The notes: generated by a model not told the origin, from the letters alone. Counted from the first letter of the stretch, positions 25,174 to 38,977 are shown. The stretch is DNA of 64,000 nucleotides from Phoronis australis (GCA_002633005.1 NMRA01000764.1:8048-72047); one strand, 5' to 3'. Numbers and translations: made by a program.

Positions 25174-26253
25174 CTATTAAGCAAATAAAATAAAATTAGG
25201 TCTTCAATGCCTCAAATACCATTCTCATTCCCGTGTGAAAAAATGTATTAAAATCATACACAATTCACATCGTCATGCCTCCCAAGATTAACAAACTTCC
25301 CATCAAGGTTAGAACTGGGGTGGTGACCGGAGATGGAATAGGTGGTGATCGAGGGTGGAATAATTGGTCATCATGGCAGGAATGGGTGGCGACCAGGGGT
25401 TTCCCCACAAAACTCCCCTCAGAGTAGGTACAGACATAATTATTCCAGTCAGGTGAGCTAGGGCCATGAGAATAATAGAAAAATAAAAAATCTTGCCAAC
25501 AGCCATAGAAGAATCTCACTTCATGTCCACTTCATGTTACCTCTATGAAATTTTATCATAAAATACAAAAAAAGCTCATTTTAGAAATTTATCAGACTTA
25601 CAATTGACATATTACCTACAAATTATGTCCAAATATCATAATCCAAACTATCTGTCTTATCTGTGAAATTGTGAACTGTAACCAGTCACAGGAAAGAACT
25701 AAAACCTAATACTGGACTAACATCTCAACTGAGCAACCTTGCGTACTCATCGCGAGGACTTTCACTAGCTAATGCTGTGTTAGTTTTCGGCTGATGACGC
25801 AACATCACTCAGTTGAAATGCAGTCCTGTACCAGGTTTTAGTTATTTATCAATTGGATGTCTAATATCCCCCAATTGTATCCAATCACAGTTTTTGTTTG
25901 TGTGTTCAAGAACACCTCTCTTTGACACTGATGACCAAGTGCGCACCCAGCATTGCATGAACAACTAACACTGGCGACCAAAAAGTCAAAATATGGTAAT
26001 ATGTTTGAGGTTAAAGAACAAAAATGTCAAAAATTCGATCACTGTTGGTTTTGCGACGGATTCACAGTTTGTTTTGAAATTCTAATAATAATTATTGTAA
26101 GTCATGTGACAAGAAGGCAATTTGGGAAAAGATGGAGCCAAATTAGCAACAGTTGCAGAAAACATTCATTTTGATAAATGGGGCACATTGAAACTTTTGA
26201 AAATAAAGTAACCACGCAGTGTGATTAATCAAGAAACACAACATGACTCATAC

Positions 26254-26374
26254 CGGCACATAGTGCAAGTTGTTTCGCTTTAAGAACTGCAGGACATCTT
26301 CATGCTTGGCAAGAGAAAACCTGAACTTGAAGAGGTCGATCTCCTGGGTTAGGAACCAACGCCGTAAATCTTCT
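26254..26374 (-). CDS. PRIM2: PRIM2 exon (EDLRRWFLTQEIDLFKFRF)
   Basis: 121 nt, AG/GT, phase-compatible with neighbours. Confidence 0.95.
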
Positions 26375-27475
26375 CTGGAAGAAATATTGTCGATGTATAC
26401 TTCATGATGTCATGTGACATCTTACACCAACTTCAAGATGGCAATGTGTTAGTATTTACACCACCTACTTTCACAGGAACTGAATTTTACTTTCAGTCAG
26501 TCAGTTCTCTGGCCCTCATCCACCTTCAGGTTTTACACAGTGCTCAGACGTAAGTGCTTGTAGCACTCACAACGGTGAATGGTGAGGAATTTTTTCAGGA
26601 TTACATTTTTTGAAGACTGCTACATCAAGTTACACGTATAGAAGGCTCCCGAAGAGACGGTAAAAACAAAGCATCAATGATTTAGATCTTGATGCAAGCA
26701 AACAACTAGATTACAGACATGAGATTGGACTGATAGGCTTACAACAACTAAAACAATGTATGGCACAGTGTACACACCCATGTCAGCACAAATGAATTTT
26801 TGGGCACTTAAATAATCTTTTTTATAAATAATCTTTTTTATTTACCTTTACTTTTGAAATAAAATGTATATAAATCAGTCATCAAATCTTGGGAAACTTC
26901 ACTTTCAGAGAGAACATGTTTTGACAATCCTACAGTTAAAAATGTCACAGGCCTAGTCTAACGCTTAATAAAAACATATCAGTTCTATTATGCTAGCATA
27001 AGGCCTCATAGACAAATCTGTGTAGATTTTAACTCGGCAAAAAGATATATTTTCTGAAAGTAAAAAGTCTGTAAACTTTAAATTTTGACTTCATACCAAT
27101 TTTCTATTAATAAAGTCACATGACCACATCTTTTTAGACAAATTACTAAAAAACAAAAGTACACCCATAGCAAACCATCGCTATCAATACCATGCCCAAA
27201 TTTTGTATGATTTAAATGCACACAATGATATCTCAAAAACGCTGTTACAGTTTTCTAAATTATCATTGGGTATTAAATTTGAAACTCGTTCTTTTTTCAT
27301 TTTTGAGAACTCCTCATGCGAAAGTGGAAATTTTTAATTTGAATTCTTAAAAGAGCTTGGAGAACAGTGCACCAAGCATATGAATACCATCAGCCAATTC
27401 TGAGACATGATGAACTTGCGAACTTTGCCAAATTTCGTCATTTTACGAGTGTCCTGTATAACCTTACATTATAGT

Positions 27476-29363
27476 ACAAGTTAGAGTAACACTAAGCGTT
27501 GCTAAGTGCCCACCATGTGCATTACGTATAGTGAAAATACAAGCCATCATTACAATTTAAACAATCCCACTTAATGGAATTAAATAGGCGAGCACAACGG
27601 TAGTCAGATACATCCAAATGTCGTCATCTGTTATCACGTTCGTAAAAACAATGTTGTCAAATTTCTCAAAGATCCAGTGGGAAGAAATTGTTGCAGATAT
27701 GAAGAAAGCAAACTGCCACCAGCTGAGCTGGCAGAACAGTAATCAAAACTGTCCAAAAATCGTCAACCCTGCTGGTCCCAGTAGGAAAACATTTACCAAT
27801 TTTCTTACCGATTCTTAGAGTAGATAGATGCCAAAAACATAAAACATATGGCACTAGTTTATCCAAAACACAAAGATGTTATCGCCTTATTAATAGAAAC
27901 CTATTTGCTATAAATATATCAAGGAACTCCAAAGATAGAGGAAAATGGAAAAAATAAGAACTGCCACTAGGGAGCACAGCAGGAGTAAGATCAGCCCGAA
28001 CATTATCGCCACCTGTTGTCACCTTCATTCAAATACACTTGGCAACTTTAACAAAGATCCTGCAAAAGATTTAGGAGAATGATACAGCCACGGACGTAAA
28101 GAAAACTGCCACTTGCAGGCACCATAGTAGTCGCTGCTGTCCAAAATCGTCATATTTCAATTTTCATAATCATCTTAGGAGTAGTTTGGCCGGCAGGGAG
28201 GCCACTATGAGGTATGCAATATGTCCAGTCCACTATAACACTTTCCATTTAAAAATGGAATTTCCACTCATTCAGTTTTGTGTCTGAAAAGTTGCATACT
28301 TTTTCTGCGCCTGTATTTCCATCATTTTGGATTAAAAATTGATGCATTCCATAGCATTTCAGCTGGAATTTTGCGCAGAAATTTCTGAGCTGGAATTATG
28401 TGCAGAAATTTCTGCGCTCTGGAACTTTGCACAGAACAGTCTGCGCTGGAATTCTGCGCAGAAATTTCTGTGCTGGAATTCTGCGCACAAATTTCTGTGC
28501 TGGAATTCTGCGCAGAAATTTCTGCATACGATACAACATAGGGCTGAAATGCAATGGAATATATCAATTTTTAAGCCAAAATGATGGAAAAAATCTGCAA
28601 CTTTTCAGGGACAACAACGGAATGAGTGGAAATTCCCTTTCTAAAATGGAAAGTGTTCTCTTTAATAGAAATTTATTTGCCAAATTTCTAAGGAATCTGT
28701 CCAGAAACTCCAAAGAAACAGAGAAAAATGGAAAAATTGCCACTAAAGGTCACATCAGTAGTTGGATACACCTGACAGTCATCATCGCCTGTTGTCACTT
28801 GCATATAAAAACTCCTGCCAATCTATCAAACATCCTGCAGAGAGTTTAGGAGATACAGCCTTAGGTGCAAAAAACGACACTAGGAAGAGCCACTGAAGTC
28901 AGATCCATCCCAAAATTATCATCAGCTGTTCCCTTTCTAGCAGGAACACATATATCACTTTTCATAACTACCCTTACAGTGGTTTGCCTTATTGAGAGTC
29001 AGACGGCAAAAACAGACTTGAAAACAGCAAAAACCGCGGTGCAAACTATGCCGTAACTATTAGAAACGTGAAAGTGTTGTCATCCCGCTAAAAGATGGCT
29101 ATTTTCCAAATTTCATGAAAATCTGATGAGGAAAACTAAAGATGCAGAGACAAAAGTAAAAAACGAAAATTTGCCACTAGGGTGAACACGGGTAGTCGTA
29201 TCCGTCCGAAAAATCGCACATGCCATCCCATCCATGATAGGAACATAATTGCAAAATTTCATGAACATTCATCAAGACTTTTTGAAGGTACAGCAATGAA
29301 CAACCAGACGGGTGGACAGAGGTGACGGCACAATACAATCACATATAAATATGTGGGCACTTA
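27476..29363 (+). mobile_element. Degenerate Helentron-like family copy, interrupted by a foldback MITE
   Basis: Same monomers and 3' CACATATAAATATGTGGGCAC end. Confidence 0.65.
28237..28657. mobile_element. Foldback MITE with ~120-bp inverted arms and central 27-bp tandem repeats
   Basis: AACACTTTCCATTT... / ...AAATGGAAAGTGTT; core (GCTGGAATTCTGCGCAGAAATTTCTGT)~6. Confidence 0.75.
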
Positions 29364-29452
29364 AACATCAAGTGCCACAGTGCAGAAAAAAAAAGATCCA
29401 ACCAGTCATATTGATTTGAACATTGGCAGACAGTCAATGAGAGAGAACTTAC

Positions 29453-29532
29453 GATTTGCAGTAAGCGAGCCTCAGTATGAAATGAGAGATATGGTCACGG
29501 CGACAGTTTTCTTTGAACACTTGAGAATCACC
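29453..29532 (-). CDS. PRIM2: PRIM2 exon (RRDHISHFILRLAYC)
   Basis: 80 nt, AG/GT; contains the invariant PRIM2 motif. Confidence 0.95.
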
Positions 29533-30851
29533 CTGGAAACCACAATCATACAACTTTGACAAAACAGAGCATTTTAAAAAAATTTCACTTATCAAATTTT
29601 ATCATTGCAAACAAGTCAACGCCTTTAACTACGAATGTGTTGAGTGAGTGCCACAACTATGTCACCTAAGAGGAAACAGACGGTGACGTGATGTGAAGTT
29701 TCTTCATCATTCAACTATACATCCTCTACCACAACTTCGTAACAAACTAATCATTCAATTCTTTAAGACTTAGCTGGCACAGTCAGTGCATCCAAAATGT
29801 ATTACCTATGTAGAGGCTTGACCACATTTACACACGGAATTGTTCATATTAGACATTTTCACATTGTGAAAAGACTTTTAACTTTAAATGAGGTACATGT
29901 AGGTCAAATTTGTTTACTGATGCCTTTCTTTATGATTGTAAAACAAATCTGGGCTCATATAAGGTGAACTACTCAAAGGTAACAAGGGGCAGTTCCCAAG
30001 TCACCAAATGGGAAATGAGCTTGCCAAAACAAGGAACTCCATATGTGGTGTGTGCCAGTGTAACAGTCCTGGCTGACTAAACGGTCACTTTAAGAAATGG
30101 GGAGGTTTGACAAGATGCATGGTTGCCAGCGTTTGAAAATGAAAAAAAAATGTGAAATTACATGCCAAAGCACAACGACCAAATGAGTGTCGTAATACCC
30201 AGAAATAGCAAGGTGATGCATGGCATCTGATCTCCCATTTAGATTTTACCGTAGAAAGCAGGTGATCACATTACAAGGGCATGCCGTGGTAGGGCCTTAC
30301 CGGTTTTTGACAAACAATTATGACTCACATCAGATTACTTCCTGTTGAATTGCACAAACTCAATTTGAAGGCACGCTCATTTCATGCAATAATCACCAGT
30401 TTCCGTACAACTTTAACTTAAACATATAAATTTAAGCTTGTGCAATACATTTCTCATGTAAAACATATTTTTGGATCAATTGAACAACAGAATTTAAGCT
30501 ATCCCGTCAAAAGACGGCAGTTATATAAACCCCTGCGCCATGATACGCCATGATACTGGGATTGACTAGATAGGCGTCATTAGTTAAATAAACTCATCTT
30601 CACAGTTATTTTTGTTTGACTCATTTTATAGTTGGTTTACATTCATCTGTTCACAGTATGTTTGCCTGTATTTTGTCATGTTATTTTTACTTTTGACGAA
30701 TGTCTTTTATAAATGCCATTCACCAACTTTACTTCCGGTCTTTTTTTACAGCAAACAAGCTTCAGATCATATCATACAAAGATGCGAATGGCAAAAAACT
30801 TTCTCTAATTTTACCATTCAAGAATGGTGAACATGGAACTACAGAGTTTAC

Positions 30852-30970
30852 CTGTGTACGGTTCAACGCCCACCTAATCTTCATCTTATCCAGCTCTTTT
30901 TCAACAGCTTCATTGTATTCAGTACGCCCTTTCACAAACCTGATCCCTGCATTCTCAACAGCTTTTAAGA
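30852..30970 (-). CDS. PRIM2: DNA primase large subunit, first visible exon (LKAVENAGIRFVKGRTEY...)
   Basis: AG/GT bounded, 119 nt; matches the PRIM2 N-terminal region (human LKSVENLGVSYVKGTEQY). Confidence 0.9.
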
Positions 30971-31389
30971 CTAGAAAAATAATAGGAACTTGTCAATCAG
31001 AGTAAAAATTGAATCCATACCTTAAAACAGCACACATTTGTTAATACAAGGAACAGTATGTTACGCCTAAAAAAGCAGGCACGGCAAACAGTGTACTTAA
31101 TGATGTAAACAATTTCCCGGGTACACAGGGTTGCATACAGTATTTCCCATGACACTGGTAAGAACAGTTTGATTGAAAAATTGTAAATAAAGACATTGAC
31201 CAATAGGTAGATGTTCTATATCATAGTACCAAATGCGTCTCACTGATTTAGTGACAGAATAATGTAACAACGTAATCTATTTCTTTTAATAAATTAGAAT
31301 AAAGTTTTTCACGACAGTAAGTCAGATTTCACTTCACCAGTTCTTTACCAAATTAAAGCTGTGACAAGTAAAGTTCAAAGCTATACTAA

Positions 31390-31578
31390 GTATACAGCCA
31401 GCCTTGTGTTGATGTATACAGCCTTTTGTTGATGTATACAGCCTTGTGTTGATGTATACAGCCCTGTGTTGATGTATACAGCCCTGTGTTGATGTATACA
31501 GCCCTGTGTTGATGTATACAGCCCTGTGTTGATGTATACAGCCCTGTGTTGATGTATACAGCCCTGTGTTGATGTATA
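31390..31578. repeat. 20-bp minisatellite running into the assembly gap
   Basis: Unit GCCCTGTGTTGATGTATACA. Confidence 0.95.
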
Positions 31579-32556
31579 NNNNNNNNNNNNNNNNNNNNNN
31601 NNNNNNNNNNNNNNNNNNNNNNNNNNNNNNNNNNNNNNNNNNNNNNNNNNNNNNNNNNNNNNNNNNNNNNNNNNNNNNNNNNNNNNNNNNNNNNNNNNNN
31701 NNNNNNNNNNNNNNNNNNNNNNNNNNNNNNNNNNNNNNNNNNNNNNNNNNNNNNNNNNNNNNNNNNNNNNNNNNNNNNNNNNNNNNNNNNNNNNNNNNNN
31801 NNNNNNNNNNNNNNNNNNNNNNNNNNNNNNNNNNNNNNNNNNNNNNNNNNNNNNNNNNNNNNNNNNNNNNNNNNNNNNNNNNNNNNNNNNNNNNNNNNNN
31901 NNNNNNNNNNNNNNNNNNNNNNNNNNNNNNNNNNNNNNNNNNNNNNNNNNNNNNNNNNNNNNNNNNNNNNNNNNNNNNNNNNNNNNNNNNNNNNNNNNNN
32001 NNNNNNNNNNNNNNNNNNNNNNNNNNNNNNNNNNNNNNNNNNNNNNNNNNNNNNNNNNNNNNNNNNNNNNNNNNNNNNNNNNNNNNNNNNNNNNNNNNNN
32101 NNNNNNNNNNNNNNNNNNNNNNNNNNNNNNNNNNNNNNNNNNNNNNNNNNNNNNNNNNNNNNNNNNNNNNNNNNNNNNNNNNNNNNNNNNNNNNNNNNNN
32201 NNNNNNNNNNNNNNNNNNNNNNNNNNNNNNNNNNNNNNNNNNNNNNNNNNNNNNNNNNNNNNNNNNNNNNNNNNNNNNNNNNNNNNNNNNNNNNNNNNNN
32301 NNNNNNNNNNNNNNNNNNNNNNNNNNNNNNNNNNNNNNNNNNNNNNNNNNNNNNNNNNNNNNNNNNNNNNNNNNNNNNNNNNNNNNNNNNNNNNNNNNNN
32401 NNNNNNNNNNNNNNNNNNNNNNNNNNNNNNNNNNNNNNNNNNNNNNNNNNNNNNNNNNNNNNNNNNNNNNNNNNNNNNNNNNNNNNNNNNNNNNNNNNNN
32501 NNNNNNNNNNNNNNNNNNNNNNNNNNNNNNNNNNNNNNNNNNNNNNNNNNNNNNNN
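31579..32556. other. Assembly gap (N run)
   Basis: ~978 N. Confidence 1.
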
Positions 32557-32818
32557 AAGTTATATTTCAAAACAATGATCTCAAGTCATTGTCAAGTTAA
32601 GTTATATTTCAAAACAATGATCTCAAGTCATTGTCAAGTTAAGTTATATTTCAAAACAATGATCTCAAGTCATTATCAAGTTTATTTCAAAACAATGATC
32701 TCAAATCAATGTCAAGTTAAGTTATATTTCAAAACAATGATCTCAATTCAATGTCAAGTTAAGTTATATTTCAAAACAATGATCTCAAATTATTATCACT
32801 TTGTTAAGTTATATTTCA
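32557..32818. repeat. 42-bp minisatellite emerging from the gap
   Basis: Unit AAGTTATATTTCAAAACAATGATCTCAAGTCATTGTCAAGTT. Confidence 0.95.
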
Positions 32819-32925
32819 CCTTAAATGGCAAACACCCAAAATTTCCAAAATTTTACTTTGAAACGGCCATTTTTTACTTAAATGCCAATCTTCAATATAT
32901 GTGAATGAGTCCTTAAAAGCAGGTC

Positions 32926-33178
32926 TTTGTGTATTGCCGGTCTTATGTGAAGTTTAGCTCCAAAACAAGTGAAATTTGCTTATCTTAATTTTGTGTATTG
33001 CCGGTCTTATGTGAAGTTTAGCTCCAAAACAGGTGAAATTTGCTTATCTTAATTTTGTGTATTGCCTGTCTTATGTGAAGTTTAGCTCCAAAACAGTTGA
33101 AATTTGCTTATCTTAATTTTGTGTATTGCCTGTCTTATGTGAAGTTTAGCTCCAAAACATGTGAAACTTGCTTATCTT
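32926..33178. repeat. 64-bp tandem repeat, ~4 units
   Basis: Unit TTTGTGTATTGCC(G/T)GTCTTATGTGAAGTTTAGCTCCAAAACA.GTGAAATTTGCTTATCTTAAT. Confidence 0.92.
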
Positions 33179-33943
33179 TGAGTAACGGTCACAGATCTAG
33201 ACGCTCCTTTCCTTGTTTCTGCAGAAATATCTGTGCTCTCTTTTTTACTTCTACCATGTTTCAATTGGCATACATGCAATGTAGCCCCCTTTTGGGGATT
33301 TACCCAGATCGCTCGCTCACCTTAAACCCCACCCCTAATTTCTCAACAACTTTTTCAAATGCCCATACTCTGCTTAAACCCCTGCCTTGTGAGTTTTGGG
33401 ACTCACAATTTAATCACATTTTGTTTTTGCCAAAATATGAGAATGAACAGTAAAATCAGAGCATAGGTAAACAAAGACATTGCATTAGTCCACGTTTCAG
33501 TTTTCTATCACTAAACCATTCTCAAGACAAATGTTCTTCAGAATACTCCAGTCAGGTAACGGAAGATTAATATTCTGGACAGGTACATGTCAAAATGCAT
33601 TGTGAGAAAAAGAGACCAGAAATCAATATAGTTGACCTCCAACTGTTTGCCTATGCGCTCATTTAAAGGTCGTACTCATTTTGGTCACCCTGGGTGGTAA
33701 CTCTGGTGAGTACAGACAGGTTTGGTTTGAGTACTTGATCTTCATGGTGCTTATGTACATTGTTGCTTGATTCTCGTGGAAACGGTTCTTTTCTCACAAG
33801 CCGAATTCTTTTTTCATGAAAATTTCTTTCCTTGTGAACCATTGTCATTCTCATCTAGAGGAACTGATCAGGAGCAACACATTTAAATTGACACCTTGCA
33901 CCAACACAACCATCGTAACTCTAGTCATTTTCTTCAATTTCAG

Positions 33944-34071
33944 AAGTCTCCATCTCAGCAGATTAGCCACAAACTGAGGGCCTCGTTTCGCTGTGCACCT
34001 TCTAAGTCCAACTATAAAATTCCTAGGTTTCCGGAGACTCCTGAGAAGACCCTGGACTTGACTAATATAGT
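33944..34071 (+). CDS. DTNB: Dystrobrevin, first visible exon (KSPSQQISHKL...FPETPEKTLDLTNIV)
   Basis: TTTCAG / GTAAGT; homologous to the vertebrate dystrobrevin exon after the ZZ domain (KSPAKKLTNAL...PEKPLNLAHIV). Probably co-orthologous to DTNA/DTNB. Confidence 0.88.
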
Positions 34072-34232
34072 GTAAGTGATATCAACATCTCTACTGGACC
34101 AATATAGTGTAAGCGATATCAAAACCTGCACTGGACTAATACAGTGTAAGTGATATCAACACCTTCAGTTGACTAATGTAGTGTGATATCAACACCTCAT
34201 CTTGATGAATATAGTTTAAGTGATATTAGCAC
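34060..34232 (+). repeat. Degenerate 37-bp tandem repeat spanning a dystrobrevin exon end and donor
   Basis: Units start at 34060, 34097, 34134, 34171, 34204: GACTAATATAGT|GTAAGTGATATCAACA... Confidence 0.85.
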
Positions 34233-36418
34233 ATATATAGACAGTCATGAGCAAGTCAACAGAAAAAAAACATCAATCTGTGTCAGCCACAGCCACGCAT
34301 ATGGAACTTGAAGCATTCTGTTTCAACTGTAAATTGCTCTTTAAAGAGACATGGAACGCGAAAGCTCATCAAAATATCTCTTAAACAATTTCTGATGAAA
34401 ATACAATCTCGCAACATCTAGTACAGAGTAATTCATTTTCCCTGTGAGGGAATTTCCTGAAAAAAATCACAAAATTCCCAATTTTTGAAATACCTACGAA
34501 AGAAAAACTGTGGTTATCACAGAGCTTCTAATCTCCTTCCCACTTATGATAAATGCGTGCATGCGTTCACAGTCAGTTACTTGAAATCGCTTGAGTTCAA
34601 AGGTCACGTTTTCCACGTGAGAGGTGCTACATCTATGTCTTGCCATACCAAATAAGGAGATGCGCTATGCCTTGTGGGATAGAAATCAATGAAGTGGCGA
34701 GCAGTTGACAGATTGTTTCTTTTTTAATTTGAAACTAAAAGAAAACACTGTGATGTAAACAGAAATTAAAAATCTTTATCAACAACTGTAGAAATGCCTT
34801 GGAGTGGGTTGAACTCTGTTTCAGTGGCAGAGAGCCACTTTGAATACTGCAATTTACTCTCTTTATCACATTCCAGGCCTCTTTAAGAAAATGGTAAAAT
34901 ATGCCCAAGACCTTCAGAAAGTCTTTATTAATCAAACAAACAAGCTTTGTACAAATATCATTTGCATAACCAGTGACAAACAAAGCCAGCCCATTGAAAG
35001 TACAGGTACCTGGCATCTACTAGCGATCCTGGTGGTGAAATAAATAAACAAGTCCTATCAAGGCATGTGTGTATGTGGAGATTTGTATGTTACATTTTGT
35101 GTATTTAGTGATCTAGAACTGGTTTAAGTCAGTTTTAGGGAGTCACTTTCACTTCCTGCCTTAGCATGCAGAAATTTTTGCAAAAGTAAGTTTTGGTTAA
35201 GTCTAACGTTATGCTAAAGTACACAAAAACATTTGAGGAAATGAACAAATAAAATGTGAAATTGGTGTTCTATGCTTGGACTTAAAGCGCTATGTTGTTT
35301 TAATTGATTAATTGATTAGTTATTTTTCAACCATAAAAATGTTATTGACATACTGTTTTGTATTTATTTAAGGATTGAGTTAGTTCACATTTGTGAAAAA
35401 TCTCACAGCTTTTATCAAATCTGTATGTAGCCATTTTCACTGGAAGCAGGATGGAGCGTGTATAAACAGAATTTATGAGTTTCATGCAAACATTCTGTTA
35501 TCTGAGGGACTAATGGTGGTTTCTGTGAAAATTAAAAAAGCATGGTCGTATGACTACAAATGGAAAATGCAATAACTTAGGATTTTTAGAAATACATTGT
35601 TTCATGCATTAAAAATATGTCCTGAAGGTACACGTTTCTTATGTAACGAAGATCAGCGAAACTGGATTTTCATAAATATAAGCTCTTGAGATAATATTGT
35701 GTCATGCTCTCATGTGACCATTTAGTTATCCTTGTCATGCCATCTGTTGGGCGTATCTTGAATTATGTCAGGTATCCATAAACTTGGAAACGAACACAAA
35801 ACTGTCATGACTGAATTTTTGGGGAAATTTTAGATTAATTGATATTGTGACATTATCCATTATTCAGATCACTTGATAGGTTAATGAGATAAGACTACCT
35901 ATCACAGGTATTGTTTGTGTTCAATGGTGAGCATTATAAATAATTCATTATTGTAGACGATTATTCATCTCGTCAGTTAACACTCTATGCTAGTGCAGTT
36001 ATGAAAGGTGAAGACTGCTATTTAAGATTTCAGTCTTCTCTCAAGCTGACAGATATTGAGTATCACGTGTAAGTCGTTCAGTCTTTGTTCGTTAAACAAT
36101 ATTTTGCTCTTTGTACTTTGTTTCAATGTCTTTTGAAACCCAAATTCGATTTAGTGTGGTCACTGCAGCTATCACCCATCATGAGATTGTCCTGTGAGCT
36201 ACCTCCCCAGTCACCAATTTCAAGACATCACGCTTAGTAGAGAACTAATTTGTTGTAATAGTTTTTGCAGTGTCCTTTAATTGACTGAACAGTAGAATTT
36301 TGTATTCAAATTTCTAAATGTAATTATTTCCTCCAAAACTGTCAGAGCGTAGGTTTCTTTTTACCTCATGTTATTTTTTGATAACAACTTTGTCTTCACC
36401 GTGACCTTGTTATTTCAG

Positions 36419-36520
36419 CCCTCCATCACCAGTTCCAATGCATAATGGACTGTCAGACATATCCATCAACAGGTCACTAGACTCATCTCTAGATGGCAGC
36501 TCACTCTTCATTCCAAAAAG
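36419..36520 (+). CDS. DTNB: Dystrobrevin exon (PPSPVPMHNG...)
   Basis: 102 nt, AG/GT, phase 2/2, fits neighbours. Confidence 0.8.
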
Positions 36521-36944
36521 GTAACCATTTGTGTTGTTGATAGTATGACATTTTAAAATAAAATGTTAGTAAGAGCTAAAAGAGTTTACCAGAGGCAGTT
36601 TTGTTCGTGGGTTTGAGGACTTACATTTGTTTGTAATGCCTTTCGGTTCTCTCAGTTCTTATATCTTGTCATCCGGTGGCTACACAGTTCCCTGAAGAAT
36701 GTGACAAAAATTGTATTGAAGTAAAATTCAGTTTATGTTATGTGGACTAATGATCCATTGTGTGGACCACAGCGCCTTCTGTTGGCAAGTTATTATATCG
36801 CATTACAACCAGCCACTTAGTAATGTGTCAAACCATTTGACCAAGTTCCTTATTTCAACTGTCCTTTGAGTAGTCTGCTGGTTCATCTGAAACAGGTTCC
36901 CATCAATATGATCATTGTCTCTATTGTCTGCTGGTGTTTTACAG

Positions 36945-37050
36945 CCCTGTCCATCAGCTCAACACCAGTCTGGAGTCAGGTCGTATAGACGATGAACACA
37001 GACTGATTGCTCGCTATGCTGCTAGACTAGCAGCTGATTCACACAATGGG
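36945..37050 (+). CDS. DTNB: Dystrobrevin exon (DDEHRLIARYAARLA, syntrophin-binding region)
   Basis: 106 nt, AG/GT; signature motif. Confidence 0.95.
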
Positions 37051-37310
37051 GTAAGTTCACGCTATTGTATACTAACCTTGTACACATTCTAAACACAGAG
37101 ACTAATGCACACAGAAAACAGTATGTTTTGCACTAATGTATTTCATAAAAGTTGATTAATTTACTTAATTAAAACAACTTGAGGCAAATTTCCAAAGCTG
37201 GTCAGCTTCATTGCCAGTATTATTATGTTTTGACCCTGTGATCCAACACTTGACCCTGTGATCCAACGCCCATCTCATTATTTGTGTTTGCGCTTGTCAT
37301 TGCTCTAACT

Positions 37311-37872
37311 TGTGTTGTATCTCTACTACAGTGTTGTATCTCTACTACAGTGTTGTATCTCTATTACAGAGTTGTATCTCTACTACAGTGTTCTATCTAT
37401 ACTACAGTGTTGTATCTCTATTACACAGTGTGTTATCTTTAATACAGTGTTGTATCTCTGCTACAGTGTTGCATCTCTATTACACAGTGTTGTATCTCTA
37501 TTACAGTGTTGTATCTCTACTACAGTGTTGTATCTCTATTACAGAGTTGTATCTCTACTACAGTGTTGTATCTATACTACAGTGTTGTATCTGTACTACA
37601 GTGATCTATCTCTACTACATTGTTGTATCTCTATTACACTGTGTTTTATCTCTATTACAGTGTTGTATCTCTACTAGAGTGTTGTATCTCTATTACAGAG
37701 TTGTATCTCTACTACAGTGTTGTATCTATACTACAGTGTTGTATCTGTACTATAGTGATCTATCTCTACTACATTGTTGTATCTCTATTACACTGTGTTT
37801 TATCTTTAATACAGTGTTGTATCTCTACTACAGTGTTGTATCTCTAATACAGTGCTGTATGTCTACTACACA
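37311..37872. repeat. ~19-bp minisatellite
   Basis: Unit CTCTA(C/T)TACAGTGTTGTAT with variants. Confidence 0.95.
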
Positions 37873-38977
37873 GATTATCTGGAGTGGGCTGACAACTGTT
37901 TTAGCTCTGTAACTTTGATTTGGCTGATTTATTTGTTCACTTGTCTTGTTTACTAGCATACAACACTTGATTGGCATGACCTACCAGTTTAGGCTACTGT
38001 TTATGTAATTTGTTTACAATGGATTACTTAAGAACATTCTAGTTGATTCCAGTATATATTAGTGATTGTAGAACCATAGTCTGGAACATTCTGTAGCTGA
38101 ATATGTTTGTAACACGCATTTATTAAACTTGGCTGTGCAGTGGTATCTTATAGTTGGACAATGCTTTTCTGCAACAACTGGGCTGTGCAGTGGTATCTTA
38201 TAGTTGGACAATGCTTTTCTGCAACAACTGGGAAAACAGGTGTCACCATCCACCCTTGATATCACGAAAAATGATCTAAGCTCCTTTAGTGTTATACAGG
38301 GCAGTTATCGCATTAGCAATGCCTTCAAAGCAATAAAATACTAATAGCTTGAAATGCTAAGGACAAAAACTGGTTTTGTTACGTTTTTGGCTTCTGGAAT
38401 TGAACTCCTCGTGAAAAGTCAATGTTGAATCTTTCTCTCTCATAACTCAATTTAGTGTTGAATCTTTCTCTCTCAGAAGAAGTATGATTAAAATTGGCCA
38501 AACGCTGTGAAAGGGTTTTATTAATTAACAACAGTTTTGAGTTGATGGGATTTAAGCGTGGTAGATAATTGGCATTTGCATCGTGACACTGAGCCTGGTG
38601 ATTAACAAAAGAAAAATTGAATCAAGGTCTTTGAAATCTGGTATTTTCTGTATTACGCACACAACGGGAGCTAGTTGTAATGACTGGGTTGAGTCCAAAA
38701 AGTTCTATAATTTGCCTTGAATTGGTGAAAAGTTCCAGAGCGTTGTATGAGACTAATGAATGTCAAGGCATGAGTAAGTGAGGGTTTGTTACAAAGTAAC
38801 AGTTTGGGTAGTGAGGTGTTACAGAATGCAGAGTTACTACCTTGGTCAACTTTAATAAAGTGTTAGCTATAGAAACAGCAAGTGACTCAGACTCATTGAA
38901 CAGAACTTGCATCAAAGCTTGATAAATGTTTGCTGTGTCATATTTCATTTATAAAATTTATCACATGACTATTTCAG

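Noticed and set aside
31386-32600. 394-aa and 344-aa ORFs
   Set aside because: Mostly X from the N gap plus minisatellite.
33669-33705. Short AG...GTGAGT-bounded segment as the missing dystrobrevin ZZ exon
   Set aside because: No frame resembles the ZZ domain (CFWRG...H.MKEY).
37310-37912. Cys/Tyr/Leu-rich ORFs resembling membrane or metallothionein-like proteins
   Set aside because: Translations of the 19-bp minisatellite.
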